From the IMG/VR virus record IMGVR_UViG_3300020463_000009, positions 32,001-96,000 of that record: a stretch of DNA of 64,000 nucleotides, one strand, 5' to 3'. This document shows, in pieces, positions 49,487 to 58,158 of the stretch (position 1 is the stretch's first letter; each line of letters begins with the position of its first letter). The translations under genes were made by a program, and so were the position numbers. The notes beneath the pieces were generated by a model that was given only the letters and a program-made list of their open reading frames with translations, did no database searches and had not been told where the DNA came from. This DNA comes from a virus.

Positions 49487-49560
49487 GCGGCTATCGTATA
49501 AAAGTATTACGGCGGGTTACCAACTCGCAGACGTAGGAGCGTTACCTACTAGCCGCTCCA
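49487..49560 (+). tRNA. Non-canonical tRNA-Gly, anticodon ACC
   Basis: Acceptor GCGGCTA/TAGCCGC with T73 and encoded CCA; anticodon arm GCGGG-TTACCAA-CTCGC; T arm GTAGG-AGCGTTA-CCTAC; D arm GTAT-AAAAGT-ATTAC. Confidence 0.88.
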
Positions 49561-49584
49561 TTAAATTATGAGGAGAACTATATA

Positions 49585-50247
49585 ATGCAATTAACAAGTG
49601 ATACCCTTGCTATACTAAAAAACTTTTCTGATATAAACCAGAATATTTTAGTTAAGCCAGGCAATACAATACAAACTATCTCTACATTGAAAAACATATT
49701 AGCACAGGCTGATATTAAAGAGAAGTTTGAAAGCGAATTTGCCATCTATAATCTACCTGAATTTTTGAGAGCATATGATTTATTTGATAAGTCAGAGTTA
49801 AAATTTAACGGCGCTCAAAATATGGTAATTAAAGACGCTAACGGCAGACAATCAATTAAATATTATTTTGCAGATAAATCGGTTGTTGTTTCACCAACAA
49901 AGACGATTACTATGCCAGACAAATATGTAACCTTTACGCTTAAGAAAGAGAACTTTAATAAACTTATGCGAGGTGTTACCACTCTGAATTTACCAGACAT
50001 TGCTGTAAAAGGTGATGGTAAAGAAATTAGTATAGTTGCAATTGATAAGAAAACACCATCAAACGACTACTCAATAGTTGTTGGCGAATCAGATAAGAAG
50101 TTTACTGCTTACTTTAAAACAGAAAACTTTAAAATGATTGAAGACGATTATGATGTAGCTATTTCAAAGGCGAAAATAAGTCATTTCATAAACAAGAGTA
50201 AACCAATTCAATATTGGATTGCTATTGAACCTGATTCTGAATTTTAA
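49585..50247 (+). CDS. gp45: Sliding clamp gp45
   Basis: T..ILKNFS.IN..I, F.IY.L.EFL, YWIA.E.DS. Confidence 0.95.
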   Translation: MQLTSDTLAILKNFSDINQNILVKPGNTIQTISTLKNILAQADIKEKFESEFAIYNLPEFLRAYDLFDKSELKFNGAQNMVIKDANGRQSIKYYFADKSVVVSPTKTITMPDKYVTFTLKKENFNKLMRGVTTLNLPDIAVKGDGKEISIVAIDKKTPSNDYSIVVGESDKKFTAYFKTENFKMIEDDYDVAISKAKISHFINKSKPIQYWIAIEPDSEF

Positions 50248-50261
50248 ATCAGAGGTATATT

Positions 50262-51206
50262 ATGAGTGATTATTTGTGGGTTGAAAAATACCGTCCTAAA
50301 AAAATACGTGATTGTATCTTACCTGAAGATACTAAAAAAACTTTTACAGAGTTTTTAAAAACAAAAGAAATACCTAATTTATTACTATCAGGCACAGCTG
50401 GTACTGGTAAAACTACCGTTGCTCGTGCTTTATGTGAAGAGTTAGGTACAGACTACATTATTATCAATGGTTCAGATGAAGGCCGACAGATTGATACGTT
50501 AAGACATAAGATTAAAAACTTTGCTTCTACCGTATCATTAACTGAACACTCGGCACATAAAGTTGTAATAGTAGATGAGGCAGATTATATGAACGCCGAA
50601 TCTGTACAACCTGCTTTAAGAAACTTCATTGAGACTTTTCATAGTAATTGTAGATTCATTTTTACTTGCAACTATAAGAGCAAGATTTTACCAGCATTAC
50701 ATAGTCGTTGTACCGTTATTGATTTTGCAATCAGAAATGGTCAAAAAGTAAAGACAGCACAGGCATTACTTAAACGACTAGGTAAAATACTAGAACAAGA
50801 AGAAGTCAAGTACGATAACAAGGTACTTGCCGAACTAATCCAAAAGCATTATCCAGACTTTAGACGTACTATCAATGAGCTTCAAAGATACTCCGTCAGA
50901 GGTGAGATTGATAGTGGTATATTGTTTAGTCTATCTGAAGCCAACACAAAAGAGTTGATTAAGATATTAAAAGAAAAAAGATTTAACGATATGCGAAAAT
51001 GGGTGATAAATAATCTTGATAAAGAACCATCTTCTTTATTTTCAACAATATATAACTTATTGTACTCGAATTTAGAGGGTAATTCTGTACCACAAGCGGT
51101 GTTAATTATCGCTGGGTATCAATATAAATCAGCCTTTGTTGCTGACCAAGAGATTAATATGGTCGCTTGTTTGACAGAGATAATGGCAAATTGTAAGTTT
51201 AAGTAA
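50262..51206 (+). CDS. gp44: Clamp loader large subunit gp44
   Basis: LWVEKYRP, G.AGTGKTT.A.ALC, INGSDE, DEADY, SRC, PDFRR.INELQRY. Confidence 0.97.
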   Translation: MSDYLWVEKYRPKKIRDCILPEDTKKTFTEFLKTKEIPNLLLSGTAGTGKTTVARALCEELGTDYIIINGSDEGRQIDTLRHKIKNFASTVSLTEHSAHKVVIVDEADYMNAESVQPALRNFIETFHSNCRFIFTCNYKSKILPALHSRCTVIDFAIRNGQKVKTAQALLKRLGKILEQEEVKYDNKVLAELIQKHYPDFRRTINELQRYSVRGEIDSGILFSLSEANTKELIKILKEKRFNDMRKWVINNLDKEPSSLFSTIYNLLYSNLEGNSVPQAVLIIAGYQYKSAFVADQEINMVACLTEIMANCKFK

Positions 51207-51207
51207 A

Positions 51208-51360
51208 ATGATATTAGCATTAAGAAAAGTAATTGTAAAGATAAGAATGGCTTATGCAGATATAAGAGGTCACCACGGTAAGAGGTGGAACTATGAGCCA
51301 GGTGATTATTATATGGGCAGAGCGAATGTACGAACTAAAAGATTATCTAAAAGCGATTAA
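51208..51360 (+). CDS. Small basic hypothetical protein (50 aa)
   Basis: MILALRKVIVKIRMAYADIRGHHGKRWNYEPGDYYMGRANVRTKRLSKSD; fills the gp44-gp62 gap. Not in the ORF track. Confidence 0.55.
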   Translation: MILALRKVIVKIRMAYADIRGHHGKRWNYEPGDYYMGRANVRTKRLSKSD

Positions 51361-51721
51361 CGAATCCAAAACTCCACTATTAGATAGTGATGATAAAACG
51401 TGGGAAAAGAAGTACCCACCGTTTGTAATCAATCGTTGTCTATCTATGTTCTATGATACCATAATGCATAGCAATGAAATGAATGGATTACACTTCCTAC
51501 CAAAACGTATGCAATTTCACTATTTAATAAATAGTATCCGAAAGAAGAAGCGATTTGGTGGTAAGTGGCTTTCACAAAAGAAAGTCAAAGACCTTGAGGT
51601 AATCAAAGAGTATTATGGCTATAGTAATCAAAAGGCAAAAGAAGCTCTTAACCTACTTTCAGATGACCAAATTGAAAATATAAAATTAGGCCTGAAAAAA
51701 GGTGGGAGAAATAAAAAATGA
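51326..51721 (+). CDS. gp62: Clamp loader small subunit gp62
   Basis: L.DYL..IN..K, Y.PF..NRCLS...DT....NEMN, RK.KRF..W, YYGYS..KA..AL..L; probable start MYELKDYL at 51326. Confidence 0.93.
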   Translation: MYELKDYLKAINESKTPLLDSDDKTWEKKYPPFVINRCLSMFYDTIMHSNEMNGLHFLPKRMQFHYLINSIRKKKRFGGKWLSQKKVKDLEVIKEYYGYSNQKAKEALNLLSDDQIENIKLGLKKGGRNKK

Positions 51722-52164
51722 GTGAAGATACTATTAGTTGGTCACCAGAGCAAATGCTTGAGGTCACCATAAAACAACCAGATGACTTCTTAAAAGTCAG
51801 AGAAACCCTTACAAGAATTGGTGTAGCAAGTAGAAAAGATAAAACTCTTTTTCAATCTTGTCATATACTACACAAACAAGGGAAATATTACATAACACAC
51901 TTCAAAGAACTATTTGCTTTAGATGGTAAAAAATCAACATTGGTTGAAAACGATATACAGAGAAGAAACACAATTGCTTTATTACTACAAGACTGGAATT
52001 TAATTGATATTGTTGATAAATCTAAAGTAGAAAATAAAGCGCCATTATCACAGATTAAAGTTTTACCTTATAAAGAAAAAAAAGAGTGGACATTAAATGC
52101 TAAATATAATATAGGTAAAAAACCCGAAACAAAAGATGGCGAAAATGCAGGTCAGCAAGTTTAA
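51718..52164 (+). CDS. regA: Translational repressor RegA
   Basis: PDDFLKVRETLTRIGVAS, QSCHILHKQG.Y.I.HFKELFALDG, RRN.I..LL..W.L. Confidence 0.97.
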   Translation: MSEDTISWSPEQMLEVTIKQPDDFLKVRETLTRIGVASRKDKTLFQSCHILHKQGKYYITHFKELFALDGKKSTLVENDIQRRNTIALLLQDWNLIDIVDKSKVENKAPLSQIKVLPYKEKKEWTLNAKYNIGKKPETKDGENAGQQV

Positions 52165-53530
52165 AGATTACATAACGGAAGAAAAAGAAGGTAAACCCTT
52201 TTTAAGGTTACTCATTATTACAGATGAACCTGAAGAGGCAAAAACTTTTCATACTGCCGATAGATTACAGGAAGAATGTGATAAGTTAGGCTATCCACAT
52301 TATCTATTTAAACTTACTGGTGGTTATACAAGTTATGAGAATGGTATTCGTAAGTTTCATAACAAAGATGATAAAAAAGGTTTTGAAGTAGGCGCAATGA
52401 CCGTTGCTATTGTTCGTGGTAGTATTACACGAAAAGATAGTTGGATGGACTTTGTATCTATATTAGAAAGAGCAAACGCAACTCTCGTAAATCCTAGAAC
52501 TACAATTAATATGTGTGCTGATAAGTATAGAACAGCATTAAGACTTGCAGATTATGGTTTGACGCAACCTATGACCAAGTTAATAAATGACCCCGAAAAA
52601 TCAAATGAAATAGTTGACGAGGCAAAAATTAAGTTTCCTTTAATTATGAAAACATTAAGAGGTAGTAAAGGTGTTGGTGTATTGTTTATTGATAGTCCAA
52701 AAGGATTAGATTCTATTGTTCAATTAATACACAAACAAGATGAAGATACAGATTTATTAATACAAGAATATATTAAAACAGAATATGATGTAAGAGTACA
52801 TATTTTAGGTGGTAAATTTTTAGCGGCTATGAAACGACCTGTAATCGAAGGAGATTTTAGGTCAAATGTTTCTCAAGGTTCTAAACCAGAAAATATTAAA
52901 TTAACAGAATTAGAAATAGAACATTGTTTATTGGCTTCAAAAGCAGTTGGTGGTTATTGGACTGCTGTTGATTTTATACCTAGTAAGAATAGAGAAAAAG
53001 AACCACCTTATTTTCTTGAAGTAAACTCTTCACCTGGTACAGAGGGTATTGAAGACGCTACTAAAAAGAACATTGCAAAAGAAGTTATACAACATTTTGC
53101 CAATGGAGAGAACAGATATTCTGTCCCGACAGAATGTGGTTTTAAGGAGATTTTAACCATAAAACCGTTTGGCGAATTAATTTCAAAATTTGATACGGGT
53201 AATTCAGGAATGCCAGTTATTCATTCAGATAAAATGAAAGTTGATGGTAAAAAAATTACTTGGTCATTATTAGGTAAAACAATCACTAGTGATATTGTAC
53301 GTAAAGAAGAAATATCAGTTGGTGGTTTAAGAGACTATGACGAAGATAGATATGTGGTAAAATTAGATGTTGAATTTGCAGGTGGCCATTATAAAGATGT
53401 AGAATTTACCATAGATAATAGAGAAGATAGAACTCCTATCTTACTGGACCGTGCATTTATGAAGAGATTAAACGTTATGGTCAATCCACAAAGAAAATAC
53501 GTTATAACAACCAAATACAGCATTGACTAA
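52136..53530 (+). CDS. RimK-family ATP-grasp ligase fused to a retropepsin-like (RimB-type) protease
   Basis: ADK, FP.I.K...GS.G.GV, LIQEYI...DVRV, FRSN...G, VD, EVNSSPG; C-terminal KFDTGN ... ILL.R.FM......VNP. Confidence 0.85.
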   Translation: MAKMQVSKFKDYITEEKEGKPFLRLLIITDEPEEAKTFHTADRLQEECDKLGYPHYLFKLTGGYTSYENGIRKFHNKDDKKGFEVGAMTVAIVRGSITRKDSWMDFVSILERANATLVNPRTTINMCADKYRTALRLADYGLTQPMTKLINDPEKSNEIVDEAKIKFPLIMKTLRGSKGVGVLFIDSPKGLDSIVQLIHKQDEDTDLLIQEYIKTEYDVRVHILGGKFLAAMKRPVIEGDFRSNVSQGSKPENIKLTELEIEHCLLASKAVGGYWTAVDFIPSKNREKEPPYFLEVNSSPGTEGIEDATKKNIAKEVIQHFANGENRYSVPTECGFKEILTIKPFGELISKFDTGNSGMPVIHSDKMKVDGKKITWSLLGKTITSDIVRKEEISVGGLRDYDEDRYVVKLDVEFAGGHYKDVEFTIDNREDRTPILLDRAFMKRLNVMVNPQRKYVITTKYSID

Positions 53531-53551
53531 TTGAAGTCTTTGTGATAGGAT
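53523..53551 (+). promoter_or_regulatory. sigma70-type promoter
   Basis: TTGACT-17 nt-TAGGAT with extended TG. Confidence 0.65.
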
Positions 53552-53557
53552 TATAGA

Positions 53558-53872
53558 ATGAAAAATATTAAAATAATGAGATTAGTTACCGGTGAAGATA
53601 TTATAGGCAATATATCTGAATCTCAAGGTTTAATAACAATCAAAAAAGCTTTTGTAATAATTCCAATGCAGGCAACTCCAGGAAAACCTGTTCAGTTGGT
53701 ATTATCACCTTGGCAACCTTATACAGATGATAAGGAGATTACAATTGATGATAGTAAAGTTATCACAATTACTAGTCCAAAAGATGATATTATTAAATCT
53801 TATGAAAGTCATACAAGCGAGATAATAACTCCATCAGGATTAATTACAGAAACTAAACTACCTAAACTTTAA
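53558..53872 (+). CDS. Conserved T4-like hypothetical protein (Sm-like)
   Basis: IK..RL.TGEDII... PW.PY pattern, similar to 36307..36762. Confidence 0.55.
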   Translation: MKNIKIMRLVTGEDIIGNISESQGLITIKKAFVIIPMQATPGKPVQLVLSPWQPYTDDKEITIDDSKVITITSPKDDIIKSYESHTSEIITPSGLITETKLPKL

Positions 53873-53873
53873 A

Positions 53874-54203
53874 GTGGTAACCGTATATTTTATTAGGGCT
53901 GATAATGAAAAAGTCCGAGTAGAAGTATCAGAGGGTACTACCTTAATGCAGGCTGCTAAAGAGGCAAACATAAGAGAAATACCTGCTGATTGTGGTGGTA
54001 GTTGTGCTTGTGCTACGTGTCATATATATTTAAGTAATGCTTGGACACATATTCTACCTATTAAACAAAATAGTTTAGAACAATCATTATTAGAATATGA
54101 ACGTGGTTATAAAGAAGGTGTGAGTAGATTAAGTTGTCAGATACAATTGACAAAAGAATTAAATAATTTGACGGTGAGGTTAAGAGATAATGAACTTTTA
54201 TAA
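53874..54203 (+). CDS. fdx: [2Fe-2S] ferredoxin (adrenodoxin/ISC type)
   Basis: CGGSCACATCH ... SRLSCQI. Confidence 0.93.
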   Translation: MVTVYFIRADNEKVRVEVSEGTTLMQAAKEANIREIPADCGGSCACATCHIYLSNAWTHILPIKQNSLEQSLLEYERGYKEGVSRLSCQIQLTKELNNLTVRLRDNELL

Positions 54204-56673
54204 GAATGTAATTGAACACAAAGGCAAACTTCTTATTCGTGGTGTATTAAACGGAAAAGATTACAAAGATAAAATAGATTTTGGTCCTACTCTCTACGCC
54301 TTATCACAGGAAAAATCAGAATTTAAAAATCTACAAGGTCAGTATTTAAAACCTATAACATTTAAAGATATTAGGTCTACTCGTCAATTCAAAAAAGATT
54401 ATGGAGCACAATCACCATTATTTGGTTTAGAACGTTATCATTATCAATACATTGGCAAAAATTATCCAGAGGCCATACAATGGTCAAAAGAACATATCAA
54501 AATATTCACATTAGATATAGAAACAACCTGTGAAAATGGTTTTCCAGATGTAGAAAATCCTATTGAAGAGTTGTTATGTATCACGGTAAAAAATCAATCT
54601 AATAAACAAATATTAACTTGGGGTGTTGGCGACTTTCATACAGATAGAACAGACGTTACCTATGTCAGATGTAGAGACGAAAAACAATTAATGTTTGAGT
54701 TTATGAAATTCTGGTTGAAAAATTATCCTGATGTTATCACAGGCTGGAATACAAAATTCTTTGACTTACCTTATTTAATGAATAGAATTAAATTGATTGC
54801 AGGTGATAAAGTTGCAAACAGAATGTCGCCTTGGAACTTAATCAATCGTGATGAGATTGTTGTAAGAGGCAGACCACAAACCGTTTATCAACTATTTGGT
54901 ATTGTAATGTTAGACTATCTTGATTTGTACAAATGGTTTATACCAACAAGACAAGAGAGTTATAGATTAGATTTTATTGGCGAACTAGAACTAGGCCAAA
55001 AGAAACACGAAAACCCTTTTGAAACATTTAAAGATTTCTATACTAAAGACTTTCAAAAGTTTGTAGATTACAATATTCAAGATGTAGAAATTGTTGATTC
55101 ATTAGAAGATAAGTTAGGTCTTATTGACTTATCATTAACCGTAGCATATGAATCTAAAGTAAACTATGATGATATATTTTCGCAAGTAAGAGTATGGGAC
55201 ACATTGATTGCAAACCATTTAATGAAAAAGAATATATGTGTACCACCAAGAGAAGAACATAGTAAAGAAACAAAATACGAAGGTGCTTACGTAAAAGAAC
55301 CTCAACTAGGCGGCCATAATTGGATTGTGTCGTTTGATATAAACTCACTATATCCACATATTATTATTCAATATAATATTTCACCGGAAAAAATTATCGG
55401 TTCGTCTAGTAAAGGTGTATCTGTAAATAAAATGTTATCACATACACCACTTGACTTTTTAAAAACAGAGGGTGCTTGTTTAACACCTAATGGTGCAATG
55501 TTTAAAAATGATAGTCAAGGGTTTCTACCTGAAATGATGGAAACAATGTACAATGAACGTGTAATTTACAAGAAAAGAATGTTAAAGGCTAAAAAAGAAT
55601 ATCAAAAAACAAAAGACCCTAAACTTGTAAAAGAAATTTCACGTTGTCATAATATTCAATGGGCAAGAAAGATTGCCTTAAACTCAGCTTATGGTGCAGT
55701 AGGTAATCAATACTTTAGATACTATGATGTAAGACAGGCAAGTGGTATTACAACTGCTGGTCAATTTATTATTCGTTTCATTGAAGAAAAAATGAATACA
55801 TATCTAAATCAAATATTACAAACTAAAGATAAGGTTGATTATATTGTGGCGTCTGATACAGATTCAATTTATGTTTGTTTAGATAAATTGGTAGAGAAGA
55901 CTTGTAAAGATAAAACAAATGACCAGATTACAGATTTTATTGGTAAAGTTTGTGATAATAAATTAGAACCATATATTGAAAAATGTTTTGAAGAACTAGC
56001 TGACTATTCAAATGCTTTTAAAAATGCAATGGTAATGAAACGAGAAGTTATTGCCAATAAAGGTATTTGGGTTGCAAAGAAAAGATATATGTTAAATGTT
56101 ATTGATGAAGAAGGCATTAGACTTGCTGACCCTAAACTTAAACTTATGGGTATTGAGGCAGTTAAATCATCAACACCACAGGTTTGTAGAGGTAAAATTA
56201 AAGACGCAATCAAAATCATTATGGGTAAAAGTGAAAATGAACTACACGATTTTGTTGCAAACTTTAAAAAAGAATTTAAAGAATTGCCACCAGAGGCAAT
56301 TGCTTTTCCTAGAAGTTGTAATAACTTGAGGAAGTACCGTGATAACAATAGTATTTTTATCAAAGGTACTCCAATTCACGTCAAAGGTGCGTTGATATAT
56401 AATCATCAAATAAAAGAGTTTGGTTTACAAAATAAGTTTCCTTACATACAAGAAGGCGACAAGATTAAGTTTATCAAATTAATAGAGGCAAATCCTTTTA
56501 AGTTTGATGTTATAAGTTATATAACTAGTTTGCCTACGGAGTTTAAATTAAAACAATACGTAGATTATGAAACACAATTTGAGAAGACCTTTTTAGACCC
56601 TATGAGATTTATTCTTCAGGCTATAGGTTGGGAACACGAACCAAAGGCAACGTTGGAGGCATTTTTTGGATGA
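54190..56673 (+). CDS. gp43: Family B DNA polymerase gp43
   Basis: DIET exonuclease I, TGWN..FFD.PY, SFDINSLYP, K..LNSAYG, SDTDS, KKRY. Confidence 0.98.
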   Translation: MNFYKNVIEHKGKLLIRGVLNGKDYKDKIDFGPTLYALSQEKSEFKNLQGQYLKPITFKDIRSTRQFKKDYGAQSPLFGLERYHYQYIGKNYPEAIQWSKEHIKIFTLDIETTCENGFPDVENPIEELLCITVKNQSNKQILTWGVGDFHTDRTDVTYVRCRDEKQLMFEFMKFWLKNYPDVITGWNTKFFDLPYLMNRIKLIAGDKVANRMSPWNLINRDEIVVRGRPQTVYQLFGIVMLDYLDLYKWFIPTRQESYRLDFIGELELGQKKHENPFETFKDFYTKDFQKFVDYNIQDVEIVDSLEDKLGLIDLSLTVAYESKVNYDDIFSQVRVWDTLIANHLMKKNICVPPREEHSKETKYEGAYVKEPQLGGHNWIVSFDINSLYPHIIIQYNISPEKIIGSSSKGVSVNKMLSHTPLDFLKTEGACLTPNGAMFKNDSQGFLPEMMETMYNERVIYKKRMLKAKKEYQKTKDPKLVKEISRCHNIQWARKIALNSAYGAVGNQYFRYYDVRQASGITTAGQFIIRFIEEKMNTYLNQILQTKDKVDYIVASDTDSIYVCLDKLVEKTCKDKTNDQITDFIGKVCDNKLEPYIEKCFEELADYSNAFKNAMVMKREVIANKGIWVAKKRYMLNVIDEEGIRLADPKLKLMGIEAVKSSTPQVCRGKIKDAIKIIMGKSENELHDFVANFKKEFKELPPEAIAFPRSCNNLRKYRDNNSIFIKGTPIHVKGALIYNHQIKEFGLQNKFPYIQEGDKIKFIKLIEANPFKFDVISYITSLPTEFKLKQYVDYETQFEKTFLDPMRFILQAIGWEHEPKATLEAFFG

Positions 56674-57155
56674 AAAAATTTAAGAATAATATAGAAGACT
56701 TTTTTAAATGGGTAAAAGGTACAGAGTTAGTTGAACTTGATGACATTGATGTATCTGAAGACCCGGTAAGACCTGAATTAACATTAGGTTTTAGAATTAC
56801 TAACGGCAGAAAAATATTTGGTCTAAAATATAATGATGAGATAGAGGCAATAGTTTGTGTTGCATTATGTCCTGAAGTACCACACACGGTAAGAGAAATG
56901 GATTATATGTCTCAAGCGGCCAATCAAGAAGACCAAAGAGGCGAAATAGTTGTTGCATACACCGTATGGTCAAGAAAAAGAGGTGCAGGCAAAGAGATAA
57001 TTAATAAGTTGGCTGAATGGGCAAAACAAAATAATTTTCAAAGAGTAGTTACCTTATCACCATTAACACCAATGGCTACACATTTTCATATAAAGAATGG
57101 TGCAAAACAAATTAAAGTAAGTGAAGATACTCAAAATTTTGAATATAAACTATGA
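56670..57155 (+). CDS. GNAT-fold (malonyl-CoA decarboxylase-like) protein
   Basis: VAYTVWSRKRGAGKEII (motif A-like), VTLSP, FHIKNGA; likely ATG at 56670 overlapping the gp43 stop. Confidence 0.55.
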   Translation: MKKFKNNIEDFFKWVKGTELVELDDIDVSEDPVRPELTLGFRITNGRKIFGLKYNDEIEAIVCVALCPEVPHTVREMDYMSQAANQEDQRGEIVVAYTVWSRKRGAGKEIINKLAEWAKQNNFQRVVTLSPLTPMATHFHIKNGAKQIKVSEDTQNFEYKL

Positions 57156-57301
57156 CAACATACGACATAATAATATTTTATCTAGTTTTATTTTGGTCTT
57201 TTAAGATAGGTACATTTTTTGCCTATTCAAATATAAAAATATGGCAGTTTTTATTCTTATGTTTTTTACTTAAAATGGTAGGTATGGCTTATGTTTCCTA
57301 A
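57152..57301 (+). CDS. Small hydrophobic membrane protein (49 aa)
   Basis: MTTYDIIIFYLVLFWSFKIG...; coupled to both neighbours. Not in the ORF track. Confidence 0.5.
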   Translation: MTTYDIIIFYLVLFWSFKIGTFFAYSNIKIWQFLFLCFLLKMVGMAYVS

Positions 57302-57821
57302 TAAAAAATATGGTGTGATATATGCAGACCCACCTTGGTATTTTAAATCAAGGTCAAAGAAAGGTGAGGGTAGAAATCCTAATCAACACTATAATTGTAT
57401 GGAGTTATTAGATATTTGTAATCTACCTGTAAAAAATATATCTGCTGACAATTCAGTTTTATTAATGTGGGTTATAGACCCTATGTTAGACCTTGCATTT
57501 GATGTAATAGAAGCCTGGGGTTTTCAATACAAGACCGTAGGTTTTACTTGGGCGAAAACAAATAAAACTAATATGGGTATGTTTACCGGTTTAGGTTACT
57601 GGACTAGAGGCAATCCAGAAATGTGTTTACTTGCAACAAAAGGTAAACCAAAAAGAATTAACAAAGATGTAAAACAATTAATAGTTTCACAAAGAGAAGA
57701 ACACTCAAAGAAACCTTTATTACATAAAGAAATAGAAAGACTTGTACCTGGCCCCTACATTGAATTGTTTGCAAGAAAAAAACCTTATGATAATTGGGAT
57801 TATTGGGGTAATGAAGTATGA
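57291..57821 (+). CDS. MT-A70 family adenine methyltransferase
   Basis: IYADPPW, HY..M, L.MW, WGF.YKT..F.W.K, G.G.WTR.N.E.CL, EHSKKP, ELFAR, WGNE. Confidence 0.93.
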   Translation: MFPNKKYGVIYADPPWYFKSRSKKGEGRNPNQHYNCMELLDICNLPVKNISADNSVLLMWVIDPMLDLAFDVIEAWGFQYKTVGFTWAKTNKTNMGMFTGLGYWTRGNPEMCLLATKGKPKRINKDVKQLIVSQREEHSKKPLLHKEIERLVPGPYIELFARKKPYDNWDYWGNEV

Positions 57822-58063
57822 AAATTAGATATTATAAAAGAATAGATGGCTGGCGATGGCTAGGTTTTCTATTAGCAATGATAGGTGCTTTTATATTATC
57901 TAATGCAGATGTTCAAACACAATGGATGGGGTGGGCAATTGCCACAATGTCTTGTAGTATTTGGATTTATATGGGAATAAAAGATAAAGATATACCAAGA
58001 GCGCTAATGGAACTTATGTATTTACTATTAGCATTAAGGGCTATATATAATTGGGTTATATGA
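57818..58063 (+). CDS. Small multi-pass membrane protein
   Basis: Three hydrophobic segments (WLGFLLAMIGAFIL, WMGWAIATMSCSIWIY, LMELMYLLLALRAIYNW). Confidence 0.6.
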   Translation: MKIRYYKRIDGWRWLGFLLAMIGAFILSNADVQTQWMGWAIATMSCSIWIYMGIKDKDIPRALMELMYLLLALRAIYNWVI

Positions 58064-58158
58064 TTATAGATTTATTACTGGTTGCCTTATTCATAAAAAT
58101 GTGTTATATTTTACCCTTATTTTTATTATGGAAATGGAATAATGAAGACCCTAACTAA
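58060..58158 (+). CDS. Tiny hydrophobic protein (32 aa)
   Basis: MIIDLLLVALFIKMCYILPLFLLWKWNNEDPN; ATGA overlap with the upstream stop. Confidence 0.35.
   Translation: MIIDLLLVALFIKMCYILPLFLLWKWNNEDPN
58082..58110 (+). promoter_or_regulatory. sigma70-type promoter
   Basis: TTGCCT-17 nt-TATATT with extended TG, upstream of 58142. Confidence 0.55.

Noticed and set aside
49487-49560. tRNA pseudogene
   Set aside because: The acceptor, anticodon and T stems pair fully, the CCA end and promoter are intact, and the loop changes appear compensatory.
51293-51325. N-terminal extensions of gp62 (51293) and of the GNAT-like gene (56628) given by the ORF track
   Set aside because: They overlap other coding frames; the downstream ATGs at 51326 and 56670 fit family starts or translational coupling better.
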